Source: a virus
IMG/VR virus record: IMGVR_UViG_3300043464_001679
Coordinates: 1-64,000 of that record
DNA length: 64,000 nt
Direction: 5' to 3' (one strand)
Below are positions 1-10,201 of the stretch, piece after piece; position 1 is the stretch's first letter, and each line of letters opens with the position of its first letter. The position numbers were made by a program, and so were the translations under genes. Under the pieces are notes generated by a model. The model saw nothing but the letters and a program-made list of their open reading frames with translations, did no database searches and was not told the DNA's origin.

Positions 1-966
1 AATAAAACAGGTTTAATTTCAGAATCTGGTAGTGGTGGTTATGGTTGGGCACAATGGACAACTAAAAATTTAAAAGATAAATTTAAAGAATACGCTAACA
101 CAAAAAATGTTAATCTTGATAATACACCCGCTAATGATGAAATTAATTATGGTTATCTAATAGAATGGTTAACAAAAATAGAAGGGAATCTTTTTAATGG
201 ATTTAAAAGTAATACTAAAGTTTATGATGCAGCAAAATATGTAGCGGAAAAATGGGAAAGATGTGCTGATTGTAAAAAAGAAACTGAATGGAAAAAAAGA
301 GGTGGTTATGCTCAACAAGTTTATGATTTTTGTAAAAACGGTACAGGTAAATCTAATAGTGGAAACCTCACACCAAAAGGACAAAGTTGTGATAAAAACG
401 CTGTAAAATTTGGTTTAAATGGTGGTGGAAATTTAAGTGGGGCTTTAAATGTTATTGTTGGTTCTTCTTCAGTTGGTACTTTAAATGGTATAAGTAAGAG
501 TAGTACATACGGAAGTTTATCTTCTAATAACATCTATGTATACTATAACTGCCCTGGTAAAACTTTATCTTGGCTGGCTTCACAAGTAAAAGCGGACACA
601 AACACTTATAAAGAAGTTAAATCTTACTTCCAAGTAGGTATAGGTACAAATGATGGTTATCCAGTAAATAGTGACACTAAAAACAAAATTAAAAATTACA
701 CTAATACATTAAAGTCAAAATTCCCAAATGCAACACTTTATGTTTTACCAGGAACTTATGGTTGGGGAAGTGTTAGTAACGGGTATACTAAGCAAAAATT
801 AAAAGATTACTATAAACAATATACCGATAATGGGTGGACTTTATTGTGGCCTAGTAAAAATAGTAGTGAATTAGATCCTAATTTTGATACTAGTACTAAA
901 GCTCATAATGCGAGTAGTGAATGGTTTAAATATCAAATGAAACTTCTTAAGGATTATAGTGTTTAA
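1..966 (+). CDS. 5'-truncated virion protein: phage tail lysozyme-like domain followed by an SGNH/GDSL hydrolase-like domain
   Basis: Frame 1 is open from base 1 to TAA at 964-966 and is absent from the ORF track because it has no start. GGYGWAQWT...AAKYVAEKWER...R..YAQQVY fits Phage_lysozyme2. VIVGSSS, GIGTND and a C-terminal His (AHN) fit SGNH blocks I, III and V. Confidence 0.65.
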   Translation, partial: NKTGLISESGSGGYGWAQWTTKNLKDKFKEYANTKNVNLDNTPANDEINYGYLIEWLTKIEGNLFNGFKSNTKVYDAAKYVAEKWERCADCKKETEWKKRGGYAQQVYDFCKNGTGKSNSGNLTPKGQSCDKNAVKFGLNGGGNLSGALNVIVGSSSVGTLNGISKSSTYGSLSSNNIYVYYNCPGKTLSWLASQVKADTNTYKEVKSYFQVGIGTNDGYPVNSDTKNKIKNYTNTLKSKFPNATLYVLPGTYGWGSVSNGYTKQKLKDYYKQYTDNGWTLLWPSKNSSELDPNFDTSTKAHNASSEWFKYQMKLLKDYSV

Positions 967-1003
967 GATTGAAAATTATAACTTTTTTATTTATTTTTAA
1001 CAA

Positions 1004-1570
1004 ATGTTTTTAATTAAAATCACAACCGAAGATACTAGTTTAGTAAAACCTTACATGACAGAAATAATGTCTTTTGACGAAGGTGTTATTGAAATTATTG
1101 TTGGTTGGGATTTAGCTAAAGAAAAAGGAGCTTCAATATTAAATCATAAAATCGGTGAAAAATTTTATTGGACCTTTTCACCAAGAGAAAAAAGAAAAGT
1201 TTTTGAAGAACACATGAATTCTTTTTTAATTGAGTCATTGGAAGAAATTGTTAATAAAATTAAAATAAATAATTTAAATCCATTAGATTTTGAAACAAGG
1301 TGGGATTATTTAAATTTTGTTAAAAAGAACGTTAGTGGATGTGATGGATATTTATATTCGGATAGACTTTATATTTATTGTGGTAAAACAATTTATCATA
1401 TAGATATGGGTCTTTTATCTTTTATGTCTTGGGACATAATTGATGAAATTAAAAATCTAATAACAATGAAAAAATATGATGAATTACCAAAAAATATAGG
1501 TAACATTGATATAAAATATATCCCGTACTTAAATGCAAAAGAAGATAATATTAGTAGCGACATTTGTTAA
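1004..1570 (+). CDS. hypothetical protein
   Basis: 188 aa ORF with an A-rich leader; no recognised motif. Confidence 0.6.
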   Translation: MFLIKITTEDTSLVKPYMTEIMSFDEGVIEIIVGWDLAKEKGASILNHKIGEKFYWTFSPREKRKVFEEHMNSFLIESLEEIVNKIKINNLNPLDFETRWDYLNFVKKNVSGCDGYLYSDRLYIYCGKTIYHIDMGLLSFMSWDIIDEIKNLITMKKYDELPKNIGNIDIKYIPYLNAKEDNISSDIC

Positions 1571-1937
1571 CCCATCTTATCTAGATAAATTCTTATATAA
1601 AATATACAAAACTTTCGGGGTAAAAAAAAAGTCTGTTTTTCTTTTTGAAACTGATACTGAAGATTTACTATTAACCTACAAAATATTTTTAGAATTTGAC
1701 CAAAAAATAAATATAAAAAAAGAATTACCTAAAACAGTACAAATACATAAAAAGGGTACAACTTTTTTCACGATAAATGCTTTAAATAAATTAATAGAAA
1801 AAGATTTTAATTTAGATTCGGGTAATGTTAATTATTCGGAATATAATTTAGATTGGGGTAAATATGAAAATTCTATAATTCTAATTAAAAACAATGAATT
1901 AGATATTTTAAAGTTAAATATGAAAATTGTAGAATAA
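1533..1937 (+). CDS. hypothetical protein
   Basis: 134 aa ORF overlapping the previous gene. Confidence 0.6.
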   Translation: MQKKIILVATFVNPSYLDKFLYKIYKTFGVKKKSVFLFETDTEDLLLTYKIFLEFDQKINIKKELPKTVQIHKKGTTFFTINALNKLIEKDFNLDSGNVNYSEYNLDWGKYENSIILIKNNELDILKLNMKIVE

Positions 1938-1941
1938 GGGC

Positions 1942-1950
1942 ATATTTATA
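1942..1950 (+). promoter_or_regulatory. putative phage late promoter ATATTTATA
   Basis: The same motif recurs about 7-35 nt upstream of many structural gene starts. Confidence 0.6.
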
Positions 1951-1963
1951 AGAAAAAATAGTC

Positions 1964-2149
1964 ATGGAAGATATTAATAAAAAAAGAGAAAAAGAACTTC
2001 AAGACAAATTAAATAACTTTTTAACAGATAAAAAAAACTGTGAAGGTGAGGAGTGTCTTATAAAAGATAACCAAGAGTTAGTTCAAAGAGAACATAAAAA
2101 AATCATCACTAGTGATGGTCGTCAACTATTAAGTGAATATACTAGGTAA
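1964..2149 (+). CDS. small hypothetical protein
   Basis: 61 aa ORF directly after the late motif. Confidence 0.6.
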   Translation: MEDINKKREKELQDKLNNFLTDKKNCEGEECLIKDNQELVQREHKKIITSDGRQLLSEYTR

Positions 2150-2150
2150 A

Positions 2151-2948
2151 ATGGCTAATAAAATAAACGAAGATTTAGAAAGATTTAAATCCCTTATGGG
2201 TTATGACCCAACTAAGGGTATGATTACTGAAAAAGTAGGTCCAAATAGAAGTGCTTATTTTGGTGAATCTGAAATGTTAAATGAGGCTGACCCAGAGGAG
2301 GAACAAAAACCTGCCGAAGAAGAAAATCCTGATTTTGACTTTGGTGATACTGGTAATCCAGAAGATGCAGCAACTGCTGAGGAAGGAGGTGATGAAATGC
2401 CAGCTGAAGGTGGTGATACTGAAGAAACAGAAGATGAATTTGGTACTGCTAATGAATTTAGTGCTGTTGATGATCTAGAAGATGCTGGTGATTCTGAAGT
2501 TGAAGAAATTGACGTTACATCAATTGTATCTAAATCAGATGAGGCTAGAGAAATGGCACAACAAGCTGTATCAGTGGGTCAAGAAAACATGTCTTATTTA
2601 AAAGCTTTAACTGATAAACTTTCTAACCTTGAATCACAATTAACTAAAATGGATTCCATCGCTTCTAAAATTACTAAATTAGAGCAAGACATTAAAACAC
2701 CTGAAGAAAAATTAGAATTACGTTCTTTAGATAGTTATCCATTTAATATGAAATTAAGTGATTATTGGTCTGAAAAGGCAGCACAAAACAAACACTATGA
2801 TATTAGTGGTGGTGAAAGTAATGTCGATGGTAGGGAAGTTGAATATAAAATAACCCCTGAAGATGTTGACGATTTTAATGATGTTGACATTAAAAAATCT
2901 TTTGTACCCGAATCTAGAAACAAAAGAAAAATATTAAAAAATAGATAA
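2151..2948 (+). CDS. acidic putative head/scaffold-type protein
   Basis: ATG at 2151 preferred over GTG at 2133. Contains the INEDLERFKSLMGY motif, a long acidic low-complexity tract, a coiled coil and I/L-x-E sites. Confidence 0.45.
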   Translation: MANKINEDLERFKSLMGYDPTKGMITEKVGPNRSAYFGESEMLNEADPEEEQKPAEEENPDFDFGDTGNPEDAATAEEGGDEMPAEGGDTEETEDEFGTANEFSAVDDLEDAGDSEVEEIDVTSIVSKSDEAREMAQQAVSVGQENMSYLKALTDKLSNLESQLTKMDSIASKITKLEQDIKTPEEKLELRSLDSYPFNMKLSDYWSEKAAQNKHYDISGGESNVDGREVEYKITPEDVDDFNDVDIKKSFVPESRNKRKILKNR

Positions 2949-2954
2949 ATAAAA

Positions 2955-2978
2955 GGAGGTCCAAAAGACCTCTTTTTT
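2955..2978 (+). terminator. intrinsic terminator
   Basis: GAGGTC-caaaa-GACCTC hairpin followed by a T-run. Confidence 0.8.
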
Positions 2979-3050
2979 GTTTACTTTATAAGAATGTTTT
3001 ACTATAATTAACAATATAACAAATTTATTAATTAACAAAAAAAAGTAGTT

Positions 3051-3926
3051 ATGAGTGTACTCGATGCAATCGCAAAACAGTATGAAAACAACAAAACTGG
3101 AAACAGTAGTAGTAGTGGTTCATACGAACAAGATTTCAGTAAGTATTTTGCTGTAAGACTTGAAGAAGGTCATGATAATGGTGAATTTACCATTAGAATA
3201 ATGCCTCCTAAAAAAGGAGTTCATCCCCTTGTTAAAGAAGGTGATACTCCATTTGATGAAGGTCATTGGCATTCAGTTAAAGTGGGTGGTAAATGGCGTA
3301 AAATTTATTGTAGAAAACACAATGACGGTGAACATTGTCCATTGTGTGAAGTTTCCGACGACCTTTTCAAATCTTGGAAAGAAACAGGAAACAAAACAGA
3401 CAAAGAATTAGCAACACAGTATTCAGCTAAGAAATTTTATTTAGCTAGAATCATTGATAGAGCTAATGAAAAAGATGGTATTAAATTTTGGAGATTCCCA
3501 CACAACTATAAAGGTGAAGGGGCTTTGGATAAAATTATCCCTATCTTCACTAAAAAAGGTGACGTAACAGACCCAAGAGAAGGAAGAGACTTAACTTTGA
3601 TTATCGGTAAAGATAACAAAGGTTACGCTAAAATTACTTCTATTATGTCTGAAGACCAATCGGTTCTTACTGAACCTAAATCATCTCAAGCTAAAGAATG
3701 GATGGGTGATGGTTTGACTTGGAAAGAAATTTACAAAGCACAACCATTAGACTATGTTCAGTTAATTGCTGACGGTGAAACTCCTACATGGGATAAAAAT
3801 CTTGAGAAATTTGTCGCTAAAGGTGATGACACTGAAACTGAATCATCTTTTAAATCAAACACATCAGCACCAAAAACTAAAACAGTAGAGGTTAATGATG
3901 ATTATGAAGATGAAGATCCATTCTAA
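3051..3926 (+). CDS. single-stranded DNA-binding protein, T4 gp32-like
   Basis: IRIMP, H...YC..H...CPLCE Zn ligands, DPREGRDL motif, acidic C-terminal tail ending DEDPF; adjacent to the recombinase. Confidence 0.8.
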   Translation: MSVLDAIAKQYENNKTGNSSSSGSYEQDFSKYFAVRLEEGHDNGEFTIRIMPPKKGVHPLVKEGDTPFDEGHWHSVKVGGKWRKIYCRKHNDGEHCPLCEVSDDLFKSWKETGNKTDKELATQYSAKKFYLARIIDRANEKDGIKFWRFPHNYKGEGALDKIIPIFTKKGDVTDPREGRDLTLIIGKDNKGYAKITSIMSEDQSVLTEPKSSQAKEWMGDGLTWKEIYKAQPLDYVQLIADGETPTWDKNLEKFVAKGDDTETESSFKSNTSAPKTKTVEVNDDYEDEDPF

Positions 3927-3937
3927 AAAATTAAAAA

Positions 3938-4993
3938 ATGTCTAAGAAAACAATTCAGAAAAAAGAGTTTTCATTGGATTCTATATCCGATAGATTCTCA
4001 TCAAAAACAAAATATAAACCTGATAGGTTTATTGATTTAGGTAAAGTGTTCCAACAAGCTACTGGTGTACCAGGACCTGCTATTGGGCATTTAAATGTAT
4101 TCTTGGGGCATTCTGACACTGGAAAAACCACGGCACTCATTAAGAGTGCCATTTGGTGTCAGAAAAATAACATTTTACCAATCTTCATCATTACTGAAAA
4201 GAAATGGAGTTTTAAACACGCTCAATTGATGGGATTTGATTGTACTGAAAATGCACCAGGTGATTGGAGTGGGTTCTTTATTTTTAAAGATGACTTTGAA
4301 TATATTGAACAAATTACTGATTACATGAATGAAATTCTTGATGTACAAGCAAAAGAAAATTGGAGTAAGGATGGTAAACCTTTAGATATCTGTTTCCTTT
4401 GGGATTCAGTAGGTTCTATTCCTTGTAAGATGACTTTTGATGGTAAGGGTGGTAAAATGCACAACGCCTCTGTATTGGCTGATAAAATTGGTATGGGATT
4501 GAATGGTAGAATTACAGGTTCTAGAAAAGAAACTTCTACACATACAAACACATTGATTATTGTTAACCAACCGTGGGTAGAATTACCTGATTCACCTATG
4601 GGACAACCAAGAATTAAAATGAAAGGTGGTGAAGCTATCTATCTTAATAGTACTTTAATTTTCTTGTTTGGTAGTCAAAAAAATGCTGGAACAAATAAAT
4701 TAAAAGCAACTAAAAATGGTAGAAGTATTAATTACGGAACTCGTTCTAAAATCTCAATCCTTAAAAATCACGTAAATGGGATTGGGTATCAGGATGGTAA
4801 AGTTATTGTTACACCACACGACTTCATTGAAGACTCTAAGGAGGCTGAAAAAGATTACAAAGATCAGTACGCTGATTATTGGATTAACATGTTTATCCAA
4901 AGTGGACTTGATGAAGTTGATGAAAATGATTTAGATTTTGCTATTGAAGAATCTGAAGAATTTGATAGTGAGGAAATTGATGGTTTAATTTAA
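3938..4993 (+). CDS. uvsX: RecA/UvsX-like recombinase
   Basis: Walker A GHSDTGKT, Walker B FLWDSVG, IIVNQ, KGGEA, KISILKNH. Confidence 0.85.
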   Translation: MSKKTIQKKEFSLDSISDRFSSKTKYKPDRFIDLGKVFQQATGVPGPAIGHLNVFLGHSDTGKTTALIKSAIWCQKNNILPIFIITEKKWSFKHAQLMGFDCTENAPGDWSGFFIFKDDFEYIEQITDYMNEILDVQAKENWSKDGKPLDICFLWDSVGSIPCKMTFDGKGGKMHNASVLADKIGMGLNGRITGSRKETSTHTNTLIIVNQPWVELPDSPMGQPRIKMKGGEAIYLNSTLIFLFGSQKNAGTNKLKATKNGRSINYGTRSKISILKNHVNGIGYQDGKVIVTPHDFIEDSKEAEKDYKDQYADYWINMFIQSGLDEVDENDLDFAIEESEEFDSEEIDGLI

Positions 4994-4997
4994 GATT

Positions 4998-5249
4998 ATG
5001 GAAATAGATTATTATAGATTGTTAGACTTGAATAGAGAGGCTATGACAGAAAATGGTGAAAACCAATTGTCTTGTTATTATTTAATTCAAAGAACCATTG
5101 AGGATTACCTATTTAATGGTGTTCTTAATGAACAACAAAAACAATTTTTAATTGATTTAGAAGTCTTAATTGAATCTGAAGAAGAATCACAAAGAAGAAA
5201 TATTGTCGGACCTTTTAATTTCAGTACGAATGGGTCTGCGAATTCCTAA
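4998..5249 (+). CDS. hypothetical protein
   Basis: 83 aa ORF within the operon. Confidence 0.6.
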   Translation: MEIDYYRLLDLNREAMTENGENQLSCYYLIQRTIEDYLFNGVLNEQQKQFLIDLEVLIESEEESQRRNIVGPFNFSTNGSANS

Positions 5250-6270
5250 AGGAAAACCTAAAAAAACAAAAACACTGATTGTCGATGGTAACGTTCTTAT
5301 GAAACGTTCCTATAACGGGGCTAAGAACGTTTACCATAAAGACAAACACATTGGTGGTATATTTGCTTTCTATAGCACTTTACGTAAAATAATCGTTGAA
5401 CATAAAATTGATAAAGTAGTAATTACATGGGATGGTGAACGTGGTGGTACTTTACGTTTAGATTATTATCCTGAATACAAAGGTAATAGACCTAGATTTT
5501 TTGACCAAGATTACGAACTACAAAAACTCAGAGTTAAACAATACGCGGAAGATCTTTTTATTAGACAGTATGAACATCCTGATGTAGAATCAGATGATTT
5601 AATTGCCTTCTATTGCCAAAATAGAAATAAAATGGAAGAGGTTATGATTTATACTAATGATAGAGACCTTTGTCAATTGATTAATGAAAATATTACTATT
5701 TTCTTGGCTGATAAAAAGATGGAAATTGGTATAGGTAATTACCAATGGTTTTTTGAACATCATTATTCAAATGCTGGGTTAATTAAAATCATAGAAGGTT
5801 GTACTAGTGATAATATTAAAGGTATTGATGGTGTAACAGAAAATACTTTATTAACACACTTCCCACAACTAAAAGAACGTAAAATGACTTTGGATGAAAT
5901 ATTTGAACAAGGTAAATTAATCCAAGAGGAAAGAGGTGTTAAACCTTTTAAAGTTATTGATAATATCATTAAAGGAATTTCTAAAGGAGTTCATAGAGGT
6001 CCATTCTATGAAATAAATCAAAAAATAATTGATTTAAATCAACCTTTATTAACAGAAGAGGCTAGAGAATCAATTAAAAATTTAGTAGAATTACCATTAG
6101 ACCCCGAAGGTAGAGATTACAAAAACGTATTAAAAATGATGCTAGAAGACGGTGTGATGTACGCAATACCTGGAGGTGAAAACGGTTACCTAAATTTTAT
6201 GGAACCATTTATTAAATTATTAAAAAAAGAAAAGTTAAATTTTAAAAACAAAAAAGATGAAAAAATTTGA
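5230..6270 (+). CDS. 5'-3' exonuclease / T4 RNase H-like (PolI N-terminal family)
   Basis: LIVDGN, YPEYKGNR, ESDDLIA, TNDRDLCQL, SDNIKGIDGV; ATG at 5230 is the likely start. Confidence 0.9.
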   Translation: MGLRIPKGKPKKTKTLIVDGNVLMKRSYNGAKNVYHKDKHIGGIFAFYSTLRKIIVEHKIDKVVITWDGERGGTLRLDYYPEYKGNRPRFFDQDYELQKLRVKQYAEDLFIRQYEHPDVESDDLIAFYCQNRNKMEEVMIYTNDRDLCQLINENITIFLADKKMEIGIGNYQWFFEHHYSNAGLIKIIEGCTSDNIKGIDGVTENTLLTHFPQLKERKMTLDEIFEQGKLIQEERGVKPFKVIDNIIKGISKGVHRGPFYEINQKIIDLNQPLLTEEARESIKNLVELPLDPEGRDYKNVLKMMLEDGVMYAIPGGENGYLNFMEPFIKLLKKEKLNFKNKKDEKI

Positions 6271-6694
6271 ATTTGTATTGTACATTAATTCTAACATTAT
6301 TTGCCAAAGGTTTTTTTCCATTAAAAATTTCAACCAAAAAATCCTTAATTCACTAGAGTTGAAAGATTGTGTTGATGATTGTGTTAAGTTAATCGAAGAT
6401 GATTTGAAGGAAAAAACTTATGAATATTTGTACAAAAATTACAATCCTTACAAGGAACAAACAAAAGAAGAAATAGTTGTTGAGAACATCTATGAAAATG
6501 AAGACATATTTGACTTCGAAATTAAAATTGATGACAAATGTGTGGTTAAAAAGAGGTTTACTGGTAACGTTTATCCACAACGTGTAAGATATTCTGTGGA
6601 TGTTCGTAAGATTATTCCTGCCTTAATCAAACAAATCCAAGAAACATTTTCTTCAGAATATTTTAGTGTGGAACATAGCGGAATTACACAGTAA
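6257..6694 (+). CDS. hypothetical protein
   Basis: 145 aa ORF translationally coupled to the exonuclease. Confidence 0.65.
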   Translation: MKKFEFVLYINSNIICQRFFSIKNFNQKILNSLELKDCVDDCVKLIEDDLKEKTYEYLYKNYNPYKEQTKEEIVVENIYENEDIFDFEIKIDDKCVVKKRFTGNVYPQRVRYSVDVRKIIPALIKQIQETFSSEYFSVEHSGITQ

Positions 6695-6712
6695 AAATAT
6701 ACTTATTATTAA

Positions 6713-8134
6713 ATGTTGGATATGAGTAAAGAAGTTACATTAGGGTATTTAGGATATAAGTTTCAAACAGAATTAATAAATCAAATTCTACATCCAGCAA
6801 ACAAAAAATTCGGCGATAGGATTATTGACATAATACACGCGAAGTATTTTGATAATGAGTATTTCAGATTAATTATTGCTACAATAAAAGATTATTTTGA
6901 AAGATTTGAAAAAATACCTTCTTGGAGTACATTAGAAACAATTCTTAAAGTTGAAATTAAGGATAAGATAACACAAGATTATGTGTTTGAAATCACAAAA
7001 GAAATTAGAAATTTAGAAGTTGAAGATTGGGAGTTCGTCCAAGAAAAGGCTTTAAATTTCTGTAGACAACAAGAGCTCAAAAAGGCAAATGATAAGATAT
7101 CAAAAATTATTGATAACGGTGATTTTGATAAGTATGAGGAATGTGCAGAAATTATGAAAGAAGCTTTATCTGTGGGAGCAGAAAAAGATGATGGAACCTC
7201 TATCTCTGAAGGTTGGGATACAGTTTTGAAACCGGATTTTAGACATCCGATTCCTACGGGAATAAGTGGTATCGATGAATTGACTGACGGAGGGTTATCA
7301 CGAGGTGAGTTAGGTGTTATTTTAGCTCCTTATGGAGTTGGTAAAACTACCATCTTAACTAAAATTTCAAATACCGCATATAATATGGGGTATAATGTTT
7401 TACAAATTGTTTTTGAAGACATACCAGACGTTATCAAAAGAAAACATGCATCTTGTTGGAGTGGTATAGAGTTAAACGCTTTATCTGAACAAGAAGAAAA
7501 TGTTATTAATGTAATAAAAGATAGAACGAGTGGTAAAGAAAACGATTTAGTTATTAGAAAGTTTTCGTCTGAAGGAGTTACTGTTAACCACATTAAATCC
7601 TATATCAGACATTTAATTTCAGTTGGTTTTAAACCTGATATTATTATTCTTGATTACATTGATTGTGTTGAATCCACTAGAAGATACAATGATGAATGGT
7701 CTGGTGAAGGTAATGTTATGAGAGGTTTTGAATCTATGTTAGCTGAATATCAAATGGTGGGTTGGACAGCAGTTCAAGGAAACAGAAGTTCAATTTCATC
7801 AGACGTGGTTACAGGTGACCAAATGGGTGGGTCAATTAAGAAGGCTCAAATTGGTCACTTCATAATGTCTATCGCGAGGACTCTAACTCAAAAAGAAAGT
7901 AATAGAGCAACGATAGCAGTTTTAAAATCTAGATTCGGAAAAGATGGGGTTATTTTTGAAGATTGTACATTTGATAACGGAAGAGTGTTTATTGATACTG
8001 AAACTTCTGATACTTTCTTAGGTTATGAGAAAAAAGTTGAAGAAAGAAAAGACGATAACACTAGAGAAAGATTGAAAATGGCAAAACTTAGAAAACAACA
8101 AAAAGAATCAGAAGAGAACGTAAATAATAATTAA
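6713..8134 (+). CDS. dnaB: replicative DNA helicase (DnaB/gp41-like)
   Basis: IPTGISGIDELTDGGLSRGEL, Walker A APYGVGKT, IILDYID, TAVQGNR, KSRFG. Confidence 0.92.
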   Translation: MLDMSKEVTLGYLGYKFQTELINQILHPANKKFGDRIIDIIHAKYFDNEYFRLIIATIKDYFERFEKIPSWSTLETILKVEIKDKITQDYVFEITKEIRNLEVEDWEFVQEKALNFCRQQELKKANDKISKIIDNGDFDKYEECAEIMKEALSVGAEKDDGTSISEGWDTVLKPDFRHPIPTGISGIDELTDGGLSRGELGVILAPYGVGKTTILTKISNTAYNMGYNVLQIVFEDIPDVIKRKHASCWSGIELNALSEQEENVINVIKDRTSGKENDLVIRKFSSEGVTVNHIKSYIRHLISVGFKPDIIILDYIDCVESTRRYNDEWSGEGNVMRGFESMLAEYQMVGWTAVQGNRSSISSDVVTGDQMGGSIKKAQIGHFIMSIARTLTQKESNRATIAVLKSRFGKDGVIFEDCTFDNGRVFIDTETSDTFLGYEKKVEERKDDNTRERLKMAKLRKQQKESEENVNNN

Positions 8135-8158
8135 TAATTTATTTTAATTTTTTAAAAA

Positions 8159-10018
8159 ATGGAATTATCAAATCAAATTCTATCAGACATTACTGTCTAC
8201 ATGAAGTACGCAAAATATCTCCCTGAAAAACAAAGAAGAGAGACTTGGGAAGAATTGGTGACTAGAAACAAAGAAATGCACCAAAGAAAATACCCACAAT
8301 TAAAAGAAGAAATTGAGAATGTTTATAAGTTGGTATACGACAGAAAAGTTTTACCTTCCATGCGTTCTTTACAATTTGGTGGTAGACCGATTGAAATATC
8401 ACCTAACAGAGTATACAATTGTGCTTATTTACCTATTGACCATTTAGATGCCTTTTCAGAAACAATGTTTCTTTTATTAGGTGGTACTGGTGTAGGTTAT
8501 TCAGTACAAAAACATCACGTTGAAAAATTACCTGAAATACAAAAACCAAACCCTGACAGAACAAGAAGATACCTAGTTGGTGACTCTATTGAAGGTTGGG
8601 CTGACGCTATTAAAGTTTTAATGAAATCTTACTTTGGAGTAACATCATCAACACCAATGTTCGATTTTTCTGATATTAGACCAAAAGGGGCTTTATTAGT
8701 CACATCAGGAGGTAAAGCACCAGGTCCACAACCACTAAAAGACTGTGTTCACAACATTAAGAAAGTTTTGGATGCAAAAGAAAATGGTGAAAAACTTACA
8801 ACACTAGAAACACATGATATTGTATGTCACATTGCTGACGCTGTATTAGCTGGTGGTATCCGTAGAGCAGCACTTATCTCTTTATTTTCAGCCGATGACA
8901 ATGAAATGATTACTTGTAAATCAGGTGCATGGTGGGAACTTAACCCACAAAGAGGTAGAGCTAATAACTCAGCAGTTCTTCTTAGAAATAAAATTACAAA
9001 AGAATTTTTCTTAGATTTATGGAAAAGAGTTGAATTGTCTGGGGCTGGTGAACCTGGTATCTATTTTTCTTACGATAAAGATTGGGGAACAAACCCTTGT
9101 TGTGAAATTGCACTTAGACCTTATCAGTTCTGTAATCTTTGTGAGGTAAATGTATCTAACATTGAATCACAAGAAGACTTTGAAGAAAGAGTTAAAGCGG
9201 CAGCATTTATTGGGACACTTCAAGCAGGATATACAGATTTCCATTACTTAAGAGATGTTTGGAAAAGAACAACTGAAAAAGATGCTTTAATCGGTGTTTC
9301 CATGACAGGAATCGGTTCAGGTGTTGTATTGGGTTATGATATGAAAGCTGCGGCTGAAGCTGTTAAAACTGAAAATGAAAGAGTAGCGGGTATCATCGGT
9401 ATTAATCCGGCAGCAAGAACTACAACAGTTAAACCAGCGGGAACAACTTCTCTTACTCTTGGAACCTCTTCGGGTATTCACGCTTGGCATAATGATTATT
9501 ATATTCGTAGAGTACGTGTAGGTAAAAATGAGTCAATCTATACTTACCTATCTATCTACCACCCTGAATTAGTTGAAGATGAAGTATTCAGACCACATGA
9601 TACAGCTGTGATTTCAGTACCACAAAAATCACCTATCGGTTCAATCCTTAGACATGAATCACCATTCCAATTATTGGAAAGAGTGAAAAAAGTTTCACAA
9701 GAATGGATTAAACCTGGCCATAGAACAGGACAAAATACACATAATGTATCAGCAACAATTTCATTAAAAGATGAGGATTGGGAATTAGCTGGTGAATGGA
9801 TGTGGGATAATCGTAAATATTATAACGGATTATCGGTATTACCCTATAATGGAGGCAGTTATCAACAAGCTCCTTTTGAAGATTGTGATGAAGAAACTTA
9901 CGAAAGAATGATGAAATCACTTACTAATATAGATTTAAGTAAAGTAGTTGAGTTGAGTGATAACACTGATTTAAGTGGTGAATTAGCTTGTAGCGGATCA
10001 GGATGTGAAATCAAATAA
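8159..10018 (+). CDS. nrdJ: class II (adenosylcobalamin-dependent) monomeric ribonucleotide reductase
   Basis: PSMRSL, NCAY, GGIRRAA, GEPG, TNPCCEI, CNLCE, TVKPAGT, C-terminal CxxxC pair (ACSGSGCEI). Confidence 0.92.
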   Translation: MELSNQILSDITVYMKYAKYLPEKQRRETWEELVTRNKEMHQRKYPQLKEEIENVYKLVYDRKVLPSMRSLQFGGRPIEISPNRVYNCAYLPIDHLDAFSETMFLLLGGTGVGYSVQKHHVEKLPEIQKPNPDRTRRYLVGDSIEGWADAIKVLMKSYFGVTSSTPMFDFSDIRPKGALLVTSGGKAPGPQPLKDCVHNIKKVLDAKENGEKLTTLETHDIVCHIADAVLAGGIRRAALISLFSADDNEMITCKSGAWWELNPQRGRANNSAVLLRNKITKEFFLDLWKRVELSGAGEPGIYFSYDKDWGTNPCCEIALRPYQFCNLCEVNVSNIESQEDFEERVKAAAFIGTLQAGYTDFHYLRDVWKRTTEKDALIGVSMTGIGSGVVLGYDMKAAAEAVKTENERVAGIIGINPAARTTTVKPAGTTSLTLGTSSGIHAWHNDYYIRRVRVGKNESIYTYLSIYHPELVEDEVFRPHDTAVISVPQKSPIGSILRHESPFQLLERVKKVSQEWIKPGHRTGQNTHNVSATISLKDEDWELAGEWMWDNRKYYNGLSVLPYNGGSYQQAPFEDCDEETYERMMKSLTNIDLSKVVELSDNTDLSGELACSGSGCEIK

Positions 10019-10106
10019 AAAAGTAAAAGTGTCTTGGGGTAACGATATTACCTTAACACAACAAGTACTTATAGCATTTTACAATATTCGTAAACAAAAT
10101 GGTTAA
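10005..10106 (+). CDS. putative 33 aa peptide (VKSNKKVKVSWGNDITLTQQVLIAFYNIRKQNG)
   Basis: GTG start overlaps the nrdJ stop region; the ORF ends just before the terminator and is below the ORF-track cutoff. Confidence 0.4.
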   Translation: MKSNKKVKVSWGNDITLTQQVLIAFYNIRKQNG

Positions 10107-10110
10107 AACT

Positions 10111-10134
10111 AACCCCTCTTCGGAGGGGTTTTTT
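10111..10134 (+). terminator. intrinsic terminator with UUCG loop
   Basis: AACCCCTC-TTCG-GAGGGGTT followed by TTTT. Confidence 0.9.
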
Positions 10135-10154
10135 ATGCCTAAAATTTACATTTC

Positions 10155-10191
10155 ATATTTATAGTATAAATTATATGTTTGGATATTTATA
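10155..10191 (+). promoter_or_regulatory. tandem putative late promoters (ATATTTATA x2)
   Basis: Motif at 10155-10163 and 10183-10191, upstream of the baseplate operon. Confidence 0.6.
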
Positions 10192-10201
10192 AATAAAAAT
10201 A

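Noticed and set aside
8159-10018. Intron or intein in nrdJ, dnaB or uvsX
   Set aside because: Protein lengths are normal and no intein or intron signatures are visible.
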